The notes under the pieces were generated by a model. The model had not been told where the DNA came from, did no database searches, and saw only the letters and a program-made list of their open reading frames with translations. Both the position numbers and the translations under genes were made by a program. A DNA stretch of 63,949 bases, counting the filler, from an uncultured Methanosarcinales archaeon (lineage in GTDB: Archaea; Nanobdellota; Nanobdellia; Woesearchaeales; CAZKBD01): assembly GCA_964550945.1 (NCBI GenBank). It is 4 parts of 4 records of this genome, joined end to end, with 100 filler letters (N's around TTAATTAATTAA, not from the genome) between each part and the next. Parts side by side here need not be neighbours in the genome. Positions count along the whole stretch, not along the records: positions 38,867 to 57,193 come from CAZKBD010000030.1; 3 more parts are not named here. The stretch is one strand, 5' to 3'. Each line of letters begins with the position of its first letter. Position 1 is the first letter of the stretch. Below are positions 40,996-50,769 of this stretch, one piece after another.

Positions 40996-43377
40996 TTATG
41001 AATCGCAAATATTCCCTATACCATCAAGATCAGTATCTGTTTGATCTGGGTCCTGATCATGGTTTTGCGCTCCTGGAGGGGATTCTGGTTCCCATGTACT
41101 ATCGCCATCACCTTTAGGGCAGTTATCTGAAGCATCATCTACTCCATCATTATCATCATCTGAATCACATGCATCGCCTACCCTATCACTGTCAAAATCT
41201 GCTTGGTTAGGGTTATTTATTGTAGGGCAGTTGTCATCGCAGACTAAACTCTCCCCTCCTCTGCAAAAATTATCAGCACCAGAGTTGCAATCGCCTTGAG
41301 AGTTACATATTCCATCCTGATCCGTATCATCATTCTCGCAACACCAATCATTTGGACAGTTATTGCAAGCATCATTTAGGCCATTGCAGTTATATTTAGT
41401 GACAGAATCAAAAATACATCGATGATCATCAGTACAAGTGTAGCAAGTTTTGCATCCTTCTCCTTCTGCTTTCCAATCGTGATATCCTAATGGGGCTGTG
41501 GATTGATCACAGCAATAGTCGGGGTTGGGCTGTTTATAGTTGCAAGATATGAGCACATCAATAATCTGATAATCTTCTTTAAATTCGTCGTCTTTTATTG
41601 ATATGTTCACCTTATTTAAAGCAGGCGTATAATCAGCTGGAATTAAAAATGTCCCCCAAAAAGAAGAATTGCCATTAGGAAGCCAGCCACCATATGTATG
41701 TTTAACTTCATCCTCATCTGGATCCAAACCCCATGGAATCTCGCAGTTTACTGTAAAGTTGCAGTAGCTTGGCCGTGTGCTACTGTCAGACCTATTTAAA
41801 TTATGGTCAATAGTCACATTTTCTCCAAGAATGCCCTCCAAGTTGCTTAAATACTCTAAAGCAGGAATCCTGTTTTCAATGGCAAACAAAAAAACAAATG
41901 GTTTGTCGTCCAAATAAAACTCTTGATTATTATCTCTTATCATTAATATGTCACTATAATTTTGCCAATCATAAGAACAAAGCCCTGTTGCCTTGCATTG
42001 ATGCGGAACCTTTTTAACTTCCATTCCAGGATATTTGCATGGCCGCTCAAGAACTGTTTCATTAGGATTATCAGACCTGCAATCTAAAGGGTCATCATTG
42101 GATATGTTGAAAAAAATATTGTCGGCATCAGCTTTGGTATTGTTGGTGTTTATGCATTTAGCTCCTGATAATGAATCACATCCAATCAAATGAGAAGCCA
42201 GCTCATGAATTTTTTTAAATCTAATGCCTATATTTACCCTATACTTTTCAAAAAAAGTTTTTGGTGGCTGGCCGCCCATGCTTATCGTGATTGGATAGAT
42301 AAGCTCAGATATTGTGTCGTCATTTCCGAATAAAACCATAGAGGTTATATTCCCTATACTCGCATTATAGCCGTACGTTTGGCTTAATGATGATACATTC
42401 ACGCAATTTTTCATTCTTTCAGAAATGAATAGAGAAAGATATTTTTGTATGGTGTCTTTTTCAGTTAGATCATAAGTTTCACAACTAAACTCAAAGCCGC
42501 TAATGTTATACCAGTTTGGCGCTCCTTTTTTCCCGCTGCAAAGAGGAACAAGATTTGAGCCAGCAACCTTCCCCTCAAAAGGGCTATCATCTCCATTCCC
42601 AAAAGGATGGCTATTGCTTCCCCTTTCTGTTAAATTGCCTAGATAAGGATAATCTGGAACATTAGGTACTTCGGTTCCTCCTAAAACAGGAGCCCTAATT
42701 CCATAGGAGACATTATATATTTCATTATCTCCTCCTAAATATTGAGAGTAATTAAAAGGTAATGTGGCATTTTCATCAGGAATATGATAACCGCCAGCAG
42801 CCTGATAGTCATAGATTCTTCCACCCTGCAAAGCTAGAAGGTATACTGCTTTTTTTGTTTCGGTTTCTAAACAAGTTCTTACATAGCTATTAATCCCAGA
42901 TGTTGTCAGGAAATCGCTGTAGATCTTGTCTACATCCTTAACCTGCTTTTTGGATAGTGATGACTTGACATAGAAAATGAAGCCGAATACGATTGCAATA
43001 ACAAGGGCAAGGATAATGAACATTGTGATTTGCGATCTCTTTTGCTTGATCAATAAAGCGCATAAGAAAAGCATTAAAAACCAAACAATATAGATCAAGA
43101 GCAGCGGTTTTCTTGTTTGAATATTGCTTGTTTTTTCATTATCAGCTATGTTATTGCTGCTATCCCCATTAAACAAGCTAATCTTGTCAATCTTATTATG
43201 GGCATAGCTGTTGTATATTGGAGCTACCTTTCCAAACACCCCAATCTCATTATTTTCTTTTTTAATCTCTTTAGAGAGATAGCTAACCTCTTCAGTATAA
43301 ACAGCAGCAGCTGGCAAGGCTATCAGATTACAGATCAGCCAGCTTAAGATAAAATATCTAACAACTCGTTCAAGCAT
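40996..43377 (-). CDS. Large pilin-like surface protein with N-terminal export module, internal class III signal and thrombospondin type-3 Ca-binding repeats
   Basis: [53 protein letters not shown]. Confidence 0.85.
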   Translation of the reverse strand: MLERVVRYFILSWLICNLIALPAAAVYTEEVSYLSKEIKKENNEIGVFGKVAPIYNSYAHNKIDKISLFNGDSSNNIADNEKTSNIQTRKPLLLIYIVWFLMLFLCALLIKQKRSQITMFIILALVIAIVFGFIFYVKSSLSKKQVKDVDKIYSDFLTTSGINSYVRTCLETETKKAVYLLALQGGRIYDYQAAGGYHIPDENATLPFNYSQYLGGDNEIYNVSYGIRAPVLGGTEVPNVPDYPYLGNLTERGSNSHPFGNGDDSPFEGKVAGSNLVPLCSGKKGAPNWYNISGFEFSCETYDLTEKDTIQKYLSLFISERMKNCVNVSSLSQTYGYNASIGNITSMVLFGNDDTISELIYPITISMGGQPPKTFFEKYRVNIGIRFKKIHELASHLIGCDSLSGAKCINTNNTKADADNIFFNISNDDPLDCRSDNPNETVLERPCKYPGMEVKKVPHQCKATGLCSYDWQNYSDILMIRDNNQEFYLDDKPFVFLFAIENRIPALEYLSNLEGILGENVTIDHNLNRSDSSTRPSYCNFTVNCEIPWGLDPDEDEVKHTYGGWLPNGNSSFWGTFLIPADYTPALNKVNISIKDDEFKEDYQIIDVLISCNYKQPNPDYCCDQSTAPLGYHDWKAEGEGCKTCYTCTDDHRCIFDSVTKYNCNGLNDACNNCPNDWCCENDDTDQDGICNSQGDCNSGADNFCRGGESLVCDDNCPTINNPNQADFDSDRVGDACDSDDDNDGVDDASDNCPKGDGDSTWEPESPPGAQNHDQDPDQTDTDLDGIGNICDS

Positions 43378-43393
43378 AGATTTAACCTCTTTT

Positions 43394-43945
43394 TTATTCC
43401 ATAAAAATTATCTTTAAAGTGTAATCAACATTCCAAGTTTCTAGGAATGCCCTAAATAATTCAACTTTTTCCATAGGTATTAAAATAACGCCCGGTTTTA
43501 ATATTTTTCCATCGGTTTTCTTTAAGATTGATTCAGATTTATACCCCATCAGAACCTGGCTAAATCTCGATTTCCGTTTGACTTTTGTAAGGTTATAAGT
43601 AAAAATGCCAAAGCACTTCAGCCCAAATACATCCGCTATTTTCTTATTACTTACTACAGAAATGCCTTCCCTTATGATAGTCCTCCATAAGCTCTCGCTA
43701 TACAGCTCACTCAGTAAGATATGGTCAACATGGATAAGCTTATCCAACGATCTTATTTTATTTAAGACCGATTCATCTTTTTCTGTTCTGAATACTACTG
43801 CAATGTCTATATCAGATACAAACTCTTTAGCCTTAACCGCAGAGCCAAAGAGGATTATATCAAATATTTGCCCTTTATTGCTCTTGTAGATGGCCAATAA
43901 ATTCCTTTTCAAGCCCTGTAAGGTTGAGTGTTCGTTTAAGCCCAT
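43394..43945 (-). CDS. Minimal nucleotidyltransferase (MNT) with a C-terminal ferredoxin-like domain
   Basis: IILFGSAVK...SDIDIAVVF. Confidence 0.85.
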   Translation of the reverse strand: MGLNEHSTLQGLKRNLLAIYKSNKGQIFDIILFGSAVKAKEFVSDIDIAVVFRTEKDESVLNKIRSLDKLIHVDHILLSELYSESLWRTIIREGISVVSNKKIADVFGLKCFGIFTYNLTKVKRKSRFSQVLMGYKSESILKKTDGKILKPGVILIPMEKVELFRAFLETWNVDYTLKIIFME

Positions 43946-44237
43946 GTTTTATTGTGTTCAGCTCTTCTTTTGTGACAGAGCTCCTGTACGACTTTCGGTA
44001 GATATTGAACAATGAATCCACTAAGGCATATAGCTCCTTATTCTCTTTCTCTAGAATCCTGAAACGATCTGTATGCGAATCAGGGATTTTTCCTATTTTT
44101 TCATACAGGTAAAAATCGATAGAGTGTATTAAAGCCTTGAAAAAGCTGTCGCATGCAGGAATAAGCAAACCGCTTTTTTCAGCCAATCTTCCGCTTATTA
44201 TAAATTCTTTTACTCCCTGCCTTAGTCCATCTTTCAT
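43875..44237 (-). CDS. HEPN-domain protein
   Basis: FFKAL..D, PDSHTDRFRIL, YRKSY; paired with the MNT. Confidence 0.8.
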   Translation of the reverse strand: MKDGLRQGVKEFIISGRLAEKSGLLIPACDSFFKALIHSIDFYLYEKIGKIPDSHTDRFRILEKENKELYALVDSLFNIYRKSYRSSVTKEELNTIKHGLKRTLNLTGLEKEFIGHLQEQ

Positions 44238-44245
44238 TTAAGAAT

Positions 44246-44339
44246 GTTAAACGTATTTAACTATATAAGCTTTTCTGTTCTCTAGTTAAACGCGTTTAAT
44301 AAATAAAAAAATGTGGTGTGTTAGTTAAACGTGTTTAAC
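44246..44339. promoter_or_regulatory. Three 16-bp palindromes GTTAAAC-N3-TTTAA(C/T) at a 39-bp period
   Basis: GTTAAACGTATTTAAC at 44246, GTTAAACGCGTTTAAT at 44285, GTTAAACGTGTTTAAC at 44324, upstream of HEPN-MNT. Confidence 0.7.
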
Positions 44340-45687
44340 CACCTTGCTTGCCAAAAACGCCTTTAACAGTCTTAAAAACAACCATCAAATCCTCTTTTTC
44401 TATTAACTTGCTAAAAAATAATATTGGAATGATAAAAATCAAAATTAATACCCCAAAATACTTAAGATAAAAGCTCAAAGGAACTGTTAATACCAAGAAA
44501 TAGACTAGGTAATATCTTTTTAATAATCCCATCTTAAAAGCCAATAAGCTAAAAGCCAGCATATGCGCTACCATAGTTGCAACTGTAATGCCATAAAGCC
44601 CGAATTTAGGGATTAAAGCGATATCCAGCACAATGTTTAACAAAGCTGCTAGAACGATTGGCCAGAATGCTTTTTCTGGAGTTAATTTCCCAGCCAAAAA
44701 GGTGTACATCAAACTGTAAACAGCATAAAACAATATTCCGATAGAGAGTATCATAACAAATGGCTCAATGCCTGCATATTTTGGAAAAAATATCCTGATT
44801 ATCAGAAACAAAAATGAATTGATCAAAATAGCGAATATCAATGAAAATGAAAAAGAGAGCCTCAAAGTCCTGTGGAACATGCCTTCTGAATATTTCTTTA
44901 TTTTTTCTTCTGCGCTTCTTGTCAATAAAAACATTGAAAGGGAGATGGGGATTAATGTTATTACGTTAGAGATAGGGCCTGCAATGTTGTATTTGGCGAC
45001 ATTTTCAAAAGTGGACATGATGCCTAAAATGATGGAGTCGATCCAGCCGAGAAAGGAAAATGATAGAAATATCAAAGAGATAATAAATCCTTTTTTAACG
45101 TAACTAATAATTTCAGGAAGTTTCAATTGAACTTTGGATGCTATAGCAATAAACTCTTTTTTTGTTACTGCCAAAGCCAAAATCGCTGGAACAAAATAAC
45201 CCAAAGAGTAACCAAGAAGTATACCTAACTCACCAAACACCCTAAAAATGAACACCCCACCTAGAGTTGCAACAGAACCCAATAAAATGAATAATTGCGC
45301 AAGGTGGTATTTATGTTTCGATCTAAGTATAACCTGGCCAACGAGATTTATAAAATTAAAAGGAATAGCTAATATCAAGGGTAATAGCCATAAATGATTG
45401 ATAGACAAGATGATGCCTAAGAGGGTTACTAATAAATTCAAAGATAACAAAAAATAGAACACAGAATGTACATCCTTTTTCCTTACCAACCATGATATAA
45501 AAATCTCGCCTCCCCCCAGATTACAAAAATAGGTTGCTATTAGATACATTGATAAAACAAATGAGGCTTTACCAAATGAATCTTTAATAAAATAGTTTCC
45601 TAACAAAAGTAATAAAAAATAGGTAATCACCTTTGAAGAAAGCATCATCAAGAATACAAAAAATGTTTCTTTTTTTCCTTTTGGCAT
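44335..45687 (-). CDS. Oligosaccharide flippase (Wzx/MOP family)
   Basis: 12-14 TM; GWIDSIILG..VAKYNIA; LNIVLDIALIPKFGLYG. Confidence 0.88.
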   Translation of the reverse strand: MPKGKKETFFVFLMMLSSKVITYFLLLLLGNYFIKDSFGKASFVLSMYLIATYFCNLGGGEIFISWLVRKKDVHSVFYFLLSLNLLVTLLGIILSINHLWLLPLILAIPFNFINLVGQVILRSKHKYHLAQLFILLGSVATLGGVFIFRVFGELGILLGYSLGYFVPAILALAVTKKEFIAIASKVQLKLPEIISYVKKGFIISLIFLSFSFLGWIDSIILGIMSTFENVAKYNIAGPISNVITLIPISLSMFLLTRSAEEKIKKYSEGMFHRTLRLSFSFSLIFAILINSFLFLIIRIFFPKYAGIEPFVMILSIGILFYAVYSLMYTFLAGKLTPEKAFWPIVLAALLNIVLDIALIPKFGLYGITVATMVAHMLAFSLLAFKMGLLKRYYLVYFLVLTVPLSFYLKYFGVLILIFIIPILFFSKLIEKEDLMVVFKTVKGVFGKQGG

Positions 45688-45802
45688 TTTATATTCAAGA
45701 TAGTGTTATGACTAATTATTTATAAGTCTTATCATTATCCAAGATGGTTTTCTTTTAGAAAGATATTTAAAAGGTTAAGTAAGTTATAAAAAAGAGGCTA
45801 AT

Positions 45803-46438
45803 ATGAGTTATTACACCCAAAAGATGTATACCTATGGTACAACTTTTTATGACTATTACACCTATTACCTTTTTAGAAGACTAACTAAAAACGCAAATCC
45901 GAAAATATTAGAAATTGGTTGCTCAAAGGGGAATTTCTTAGCAGTAAATCCAAAAAACATAATTGGTGTAGATATCGACAAATCTGCTCTAGGGATATCA
46001 AAAAAAAGAGGGCTAAATTGTAAGTATATGAATATAAACAATAGGATTAAGTTTCCTAATAATGTTTTTGATTGTGTTTTAACGAGTCATGTGGTGGAAC
46101 ATTTGCCACTAGATAAAACCATACTCCATTTTAGAGAAATTTATAGAATATTAAAACCAGGAGGAATAGCAATAATTTATACACCTAACATTCAAAATGT
46201 AAAGTGGCATTTTTACTGGGACCCAACACACATAAATCCATTTAATAAAGAAAAACTTTTTAGGGCCGCCTATGAAGCTGGATTCAAAGAACAGAACATT
46301 ATTGTTAAGTACCAATGGGTGTATTTACCAGGATCTACTCGTGTTTTTAAGATTCTTAAAAGTGCTATGTTTAAAGTTCAAGATTTCCTTAACATTATAC
46401 ATGATAAAAGAAACATAATGGCGATCCTAAAAAAGTAA
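45803..46438 (+). CDS. Class I SAM-dependent methyltransferase
   Basis: ILEIGCSKG, FDCV..SHVVEH, LKPGG, DPTH. Confidence 0.9.
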   Translation: MSYYTQKMYTYGTTFYDYYTYYLFRRLTKNANPKILEIGCSKGNFLAVNPKNIIGVDIDKSALGISKKRGLNCKYMNINNRIKFPNNVFDCVLTSHVVEHLPLDKTILHFREIYRILKPGGIAIIYTPNIQNVKWHFYWDPTHINPFNKEKLFRAAYEAGFKEQNIIVKYQWVYLPGSTRVFKILKSAMFKVQDFLNIIHDKRNIMAILKK

Positions 46439-46440
46439 GG

Positions 46441-47574
46441 TCAATCTTTTCTTCTAATCTGCCTATGAAGTTTCATTACGGCATTAAACACTTCGCCCAC
46501 TCTAACTGAGGTTATGCAATTATGGTCCCTGCATTTTGTAAATCTGTCAGTTCCAAAACAAGGCGCGCATCTAATTTTTGAATAAACTGCAATAGAGTTT
46601 TTATTTAACGGAGCCAATCTCATCGGATCTGTAGGTCCAAATATTGAAACCGTAGGTACACCCATAGCAGAGGATATATGCATCGGAGCCGAATCATTAG
46701 TTATGAACAAATCACATCTACCAATCACTGCAGCACTTTGTCTAATAGTGGTCTTTCCTGTAAAATCTAAAATTCTTTTTTTATCTAATCTTGATAATAT
46801 TTTAGCTTGTTTATTGTCTTCTTGCCCCCCTATTAGGATTATATTGCAATTGTAGTCTGATATTAATTTTTTTACTAGTTTTTCATAATATTGTGTGGGC
46901 CACTGTTTGGATTCTGTTGGATAGCCGGGTTTAATCCCCCCTCCTGGACATAAACCAATCAACAATTTGTTTCTAAAACCTGTTTTTTTAAAATGCTGGC
47001 CAGCAAATTTGATATCCTCTTTAGATAACTCCAGTACCATTTTTTTGTCATGGCCGTTTATACCTAAAAATTTAATCATATCCAGAAAGTAGTCTAGGAC
47101 ATGTTTATCTTGAGTATATTGCACCGTATGAGTAAGCGAAAATCCCTCCCCATTGAAATCAAAACCAATTCTAATAGGTATGCCGCATAAAAATGAGAAT
47201 ATTGGTAGACTAAACATCTCACAAACTATACAAGCATCAAATTTCTCTTTTTTTAGTTTTTTTATAAACTTCATACCCCATTTTTTTTTAATAAAAAAAT
47301 TATTATCGACAATAATCACATCATCAACATATTTATTATTTACAATTATATCTTTGGACCAATCAGAACATAGGCATACAATTTTTGTTTTAGGCAAATT
47401 TTTCTTAATCGCTTTAATCATAGGGGTTGTTATTAACACATCTCCTATGGCATAAGGTACAATAATCAAAATTTTTTTAATTTTTTTAGGGTTGATTATG
47501 AATTTTTTTTTAGTAAATAAAATTTTCCCGACTAGGATTAATAGCTGCACTAATTGTTTTTTGCCCATAATCAT
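46441..47574 (-). CDS. Glycosyltransferase family 9 (heptosyltransferase-like)
   Basis: AIGDVLITTP, KQWP, FTGKTT, TNDSAPMHI, FGPTDP, CAPC. Confidence 0.9.
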   Translation of the reverse strand: MIMGKKQLVQLLILVGKILFTKKKFIINPKKIKKILIIVPYAIGDVLITTPMIKAIKKNLPKTKIVCLCSDWSKDIIVNNKYVDDVIIVDNNFFIKKKWGMKFIKKLKKEKFDACIVCEMFSLPIFSFLCGIPIRIGFDFNGEGFSLTHTVQYTQDKHVLDYFLDMIKFLGINGHDKKMVLELSKEDIKFAGQHFKKTGFRNKLLIGLCPGGGIKPGYPTESKQWPTQYYEKLVKKLISDYNCNIILIGGQEDNKQAKILSRLDKKRILDFTGKTTIRQSAAVIGRCDLFITNDSAPMHISSAMGVPTVSIFGPTDPMRLAPLNKNSIAVYSKIRCAPCFGTDRFTKCRDHNCITSVRVGEVFNAVMKLHRQIRRKD

Positions 47575-48185
47575 TTTTTACACACCAAGTACACAACCTC
47601 ATGGGGAGCAAACTTCAATAAAAGATTAAAAATATTTATTACCCAGTTTTTTGGTAAACCCACTAAATAACATTCTGTTCTAAACCCAAACATCTGAGTA
47701 AATAACGCCTCATCTTTTCCTGTCGGCGGCTGTAGATGGGTCCTGTCTCTAAAGTACTCAAAGCCATTAAGATTGAAGAAATAAGGGTAGATTATTATCA
47801 GAATTCCTCCTTTCTTCAAAAGATTGTAAGCTCTTATAAGAAAGGACTCTTTCTCTTTCTCAGTCAGATGTTCATAGACATTATCTGCTATGATAAAATT
47901 AAATTTAATTGAAGATTCATTGTAAAAATCAAAAAATATTTTTTGTTTTTTCAGCCATTTAATTGTTTGTCTGTCAATATCAAATCCATAGTAGGTTGCA
48001 TTCTCCTTAAGAGATTTCTCATAGATTTTGCTCTCTAGATTAGAACCAAAATCAAGCACAGTTTTATCCTTAAACACGAACGTTTTGTTAAACCACCTGT
48101 CCTTATTGAAAGGGAACCATACCCTATTAATTTTTAGATTGCCCCTCCTTTGATAGATCAGGTTGTAATCTTTTTTAGTTCTCAT
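47571..48185 (-). CDS. Class I SAM-dependent methyltransferase
   Basis: VLDFGS, GFDID, VYEHL, LKKGG, DRTH. Confidence 0.82.
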   Translation of the reverse strand: MRTKKDYNLIYQRRGNLKINRVWFPFNKDRWFNKTFVFKDKTVLDFGSNLESKIYEKSLKENATYYGFDIDRQTIKWLKKQKIFFDFYNESSIKFNFIIADNVYEHLTEKEKESFLIRAYNLLKKGGILIIIYPYFFNLNGFEYFRDRTHLQPPTGKDEALFTQMFGFRTECYLVGLPKNWVINIFNLLLKFAPHEVVYLVCKK

Positions 48186-48977
48186 TTGGTTAACTTCATT
48201 TTAATAAATTCAAACAAACTTATATACCTGCCTAAAAGATCTAAAGTGACCCATAAAAAACTCAATTTAAAATTTTTTATTGTAAACCAGTATTTAAAAA
48301 ACAAATAAATCATTATAGGCGGGAAAAAGCATGGGGCAAAATATCTCAACTTAGCGTAAGACATAGTATTTACAAAGTACCTTCCTTGCCATTTTCTTTG
48401 CCTGACAAAATCAGAAAACGTCTCTGTGTCTATGTGATAGATTATAATATTGCTATATCTCTTATTAATCCCTTCCAAATCCATCCTTTTATTTAAATCT
48501 TCATCTTCATAAAACATAAGTCGTTCGTTGAATTTATGTTTATTAAATATCTTCTTATCATAACCCAAGCTAAATTCATTTCTATNNNNNNNNNNCTTTT
48601 TGAAAAATTGTTTTAGGATTATAAGACAACACAGTCAGGGATAATCTCTCAAAGGGCATATACATTTGTACTTTCTCTATAAAATCAGGCAAAACAACAT
48701 GGTCAGCATCTAAGAATATTATATATCTTCCCTTGGCCCGCTTAACCCCCTGGTTTCTTGCAAAGGAAACCCCATGTCCCTCATTAAAATTTACTAAACG
48801 AATAAATTTATATTTTTTTGAAAACTCACTGACCACTCTAGCTGTATTGTCAGTTGAGCCGTCATTTACAACTATAACCTCATAGCCACCATTTTGATTT
48901 AATAAGCTATTCAACAGATGGTGTATTGTTTTTTCCTCATTATGGGCCGGCGTTACTATAGAAATCAGATTTTTCAT
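48182..48977 (-). CDS. Glycosyltransferase family 2 (one gene split by the 10-N gap at 48586-48595)
   Basis: SIVTPAHNEE, VNDGSTD, FLDAD in the 5' part; EDEDL..R and RQRKW in the 3' part. Confidence 0.82.
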
Positions 48978-49654
48978 TCTTTAACTCCTATTATTATCAA
49001 ATTTTCACCTATAGGGGGCATTACTAACCTCTTCAGTTTATATTGGGCATATCCTGGTATTAAAAAAGCTTTTTGAATTGATTTAGGTAAAAAGGAAAAA
49101 TAGGGTATATCCCAAAACCCATCGCTCGCAAGTTTTGTTATCCTAAATTCATATTTTTTTAATAAATCAATCCACTCTTTTTTTGGCAGTATAGATAAAT
49201 GGGTTTTGTCTGTGAAACCAAACCAATTATCCTTCTTTAAAAATCTCAAAATAGAACTTGTGTTCGGAACACTTATCACAATTATACCTCCCCCCCCAAT
49301 AATCCTAGAACACCCCTTAAGGCATTCTTCTGGTTCTCTCAAATGCTCCAATACATCAAATAGCACAATAATATCAAAATAATTTTGCTTAAATTTTTTT
49401 AAATTTATAGCATCCATCACGTAAACTTGTTTGAGTCCAGTCGCTTTTAGTTTTTTAATAGTCTTAGCAGACCTATCAACCCCAAAAACATTATAAAATT
49501 TATCTGCTCTCTTAAGAAAATGCCCTTCTGCACAGCCGATTTCAAGCAGATTCCCTTTTTTTTTATAAGTTTGCAGAATATTCACCCAGAAATCCCAGCG
49601 TAATGGGGTGTCTCTATACACTATAAAATAATCGTTATAATTATTAAATTTCAT
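48974..49654 (-). CDS. Class I SAM-dependent methyltransferase
   Basis: LLEIGCAEG, FDVLEHL, SVPN, DKTH. Confidence 0.9.
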   Translation of the reverse strand: MKFNNYNDYFIVYRDTPLRWDFWVNILQTYKKKGNLLEIGCAEGHFLKRADKFYNVFGVDRSAKTIKKLKATGLKQVYVMDAINLKKFKQNYFDIIVLFDVLEHLREPEECLKGCSRIIGGGGIIVISVPNTSSILRFLKKDNWFGFTDKTHLSILPKKEWIDLLKKYEFRITKLASDGFWDIPYFSFLPKSIQKAFLIPGYAQYKLKRLVMPPIGENLIIIGVKE

Positions 49655-50769
49655 TTTAATAATCTCTCATATTCTAAAGTATAAGATTCCACTATTCTTT
49701 TCCAATAATAGGAAGATCTGATTAGGTTTACAATTTGTTTTGACGAAAATTTTGTTCCTCTTATCATTTTGATTATGTTCTCTTTGATATTATTGGTGTC
49801 AAATGGATTCATGTAATACCCTCTCTTTCTTGGGATAGTGTCTCTTATACCTCCAACGTTGCTTCCAATAACGGGCAATCCGCAAGCCATAGCTTCAATA
49901 ACAGCAATCCCAAACGGCTCAACAATGCTTGGCTGGATATAAAAATCAGCACTTGAATACACCTTAGGCATAAAAGAATGATCGATGAAGTCAGTAATCA
50001 AATGCACATTAGTAATGTTATTGTTCTTTATTAAATTCAATAATTTATTTTTTAATGGCCCTTTGCCAATGATAACTAATTCGCAAGGCACGTTTTTCAT
50101 AGATAGGATTAATCGTTCTAGATTTTTGTAAGGAACTAGCCTTGCAACACACAACCCCATTTTCCTATTTTTTTTGATTTTTAGTTTTTCTCTTAGGTAA
50201 TTGCTCTTCACAGGTTTAAACATAGAAATGTCTACACCAACGGAAATAACCTTTATTTCCTTTTTAACTCCTTTTTTGATAAGATATCCTTTTGCTGCGC
50301 TTTCATGCACAGTTATAGTGTCTGCTTTTTTTCTGACATATCTCGCATATAGATTATCAATAAAAAAATAAGGAATGTTTTTTGGAAATGGGGGGTCATA
50401 GTATCTCTCATTAGAAACAATAAAGGGGATCTTATTTTTCAACGCGTATTTTAATGCTTTGTAGCAAATGTGCTGGTAGTCTTCCTGAGCGTGGATTATA
50501 TCAAAATCATATTTTTTTAAAGCTTTTTCTAGGCCAAAAACAATAGGCCAGCCAAATAAATCAGAGAATGTATTCAAATATACAACATCAAAATTAGATC
50601 TTGTTCTTTGTTCTTTATCTAAAACATTCAACCTCCCTTTCTTTAAATTTGAAGAGAATATAATCACCTTATGGCCCTTCTTAGCTAAAAAATGAGCTAA
50701 TCCATACTCATTGCTTCCGATTGAGCCTGAAAAATAAGGCACGACAATTGCTATTGTTAGTTTCTCCAT
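49651..50769 (-). CDS. Glycosyltransferase family 4
   Basis: VARLVPYKN, EPFGIAVIEAMACGLPVI. Confidence 0.92.
   Translation of the reverse strand: MEKLTIAIVVPYFSGSIGSNEYGLAHFLAKKGHKVIIFSSNLKKGRLNVLDKEQRTRSNFDVVYLNTFSDLFGWPIVFGLEKALKKYDFDIIHAQEDYQHICYKALKYALKNKIPFIVSNERYYDPPFPKNIPYFFIDNLYARYVRKKADTITVHESAAKGYLIKKGVKKEIKVISVGVDISMFKPVKSNYLREKLKIKKNRKMGLCVARLVPYKNLERLILSMKNVPCELVIIGKGPLKNKLLNLIKNNNITNVHLITDFIDHSFMPKVYSSADFYIQPSIVEPFGIAVIEAMACGLPVIGSNVGGIRDTIPRKRGYYMNPFDTNNIKENIIKMIRGTKFSSKQIVNLIRSSYYWKRIVESYTLEYERLLK

Noticed and set aside
44246..44339. CRISPR array
   Set aside because: Repeats are 16 bp, imperfect and only three, spacers are 23 bp, and there are no cas genes. The position over a promoter fits an operator.
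48182..48977. Two separate ORFs or a pseudogene
   Set aside because: The break coincides with a 10-N scaffold gap, and the halves form one GT2.
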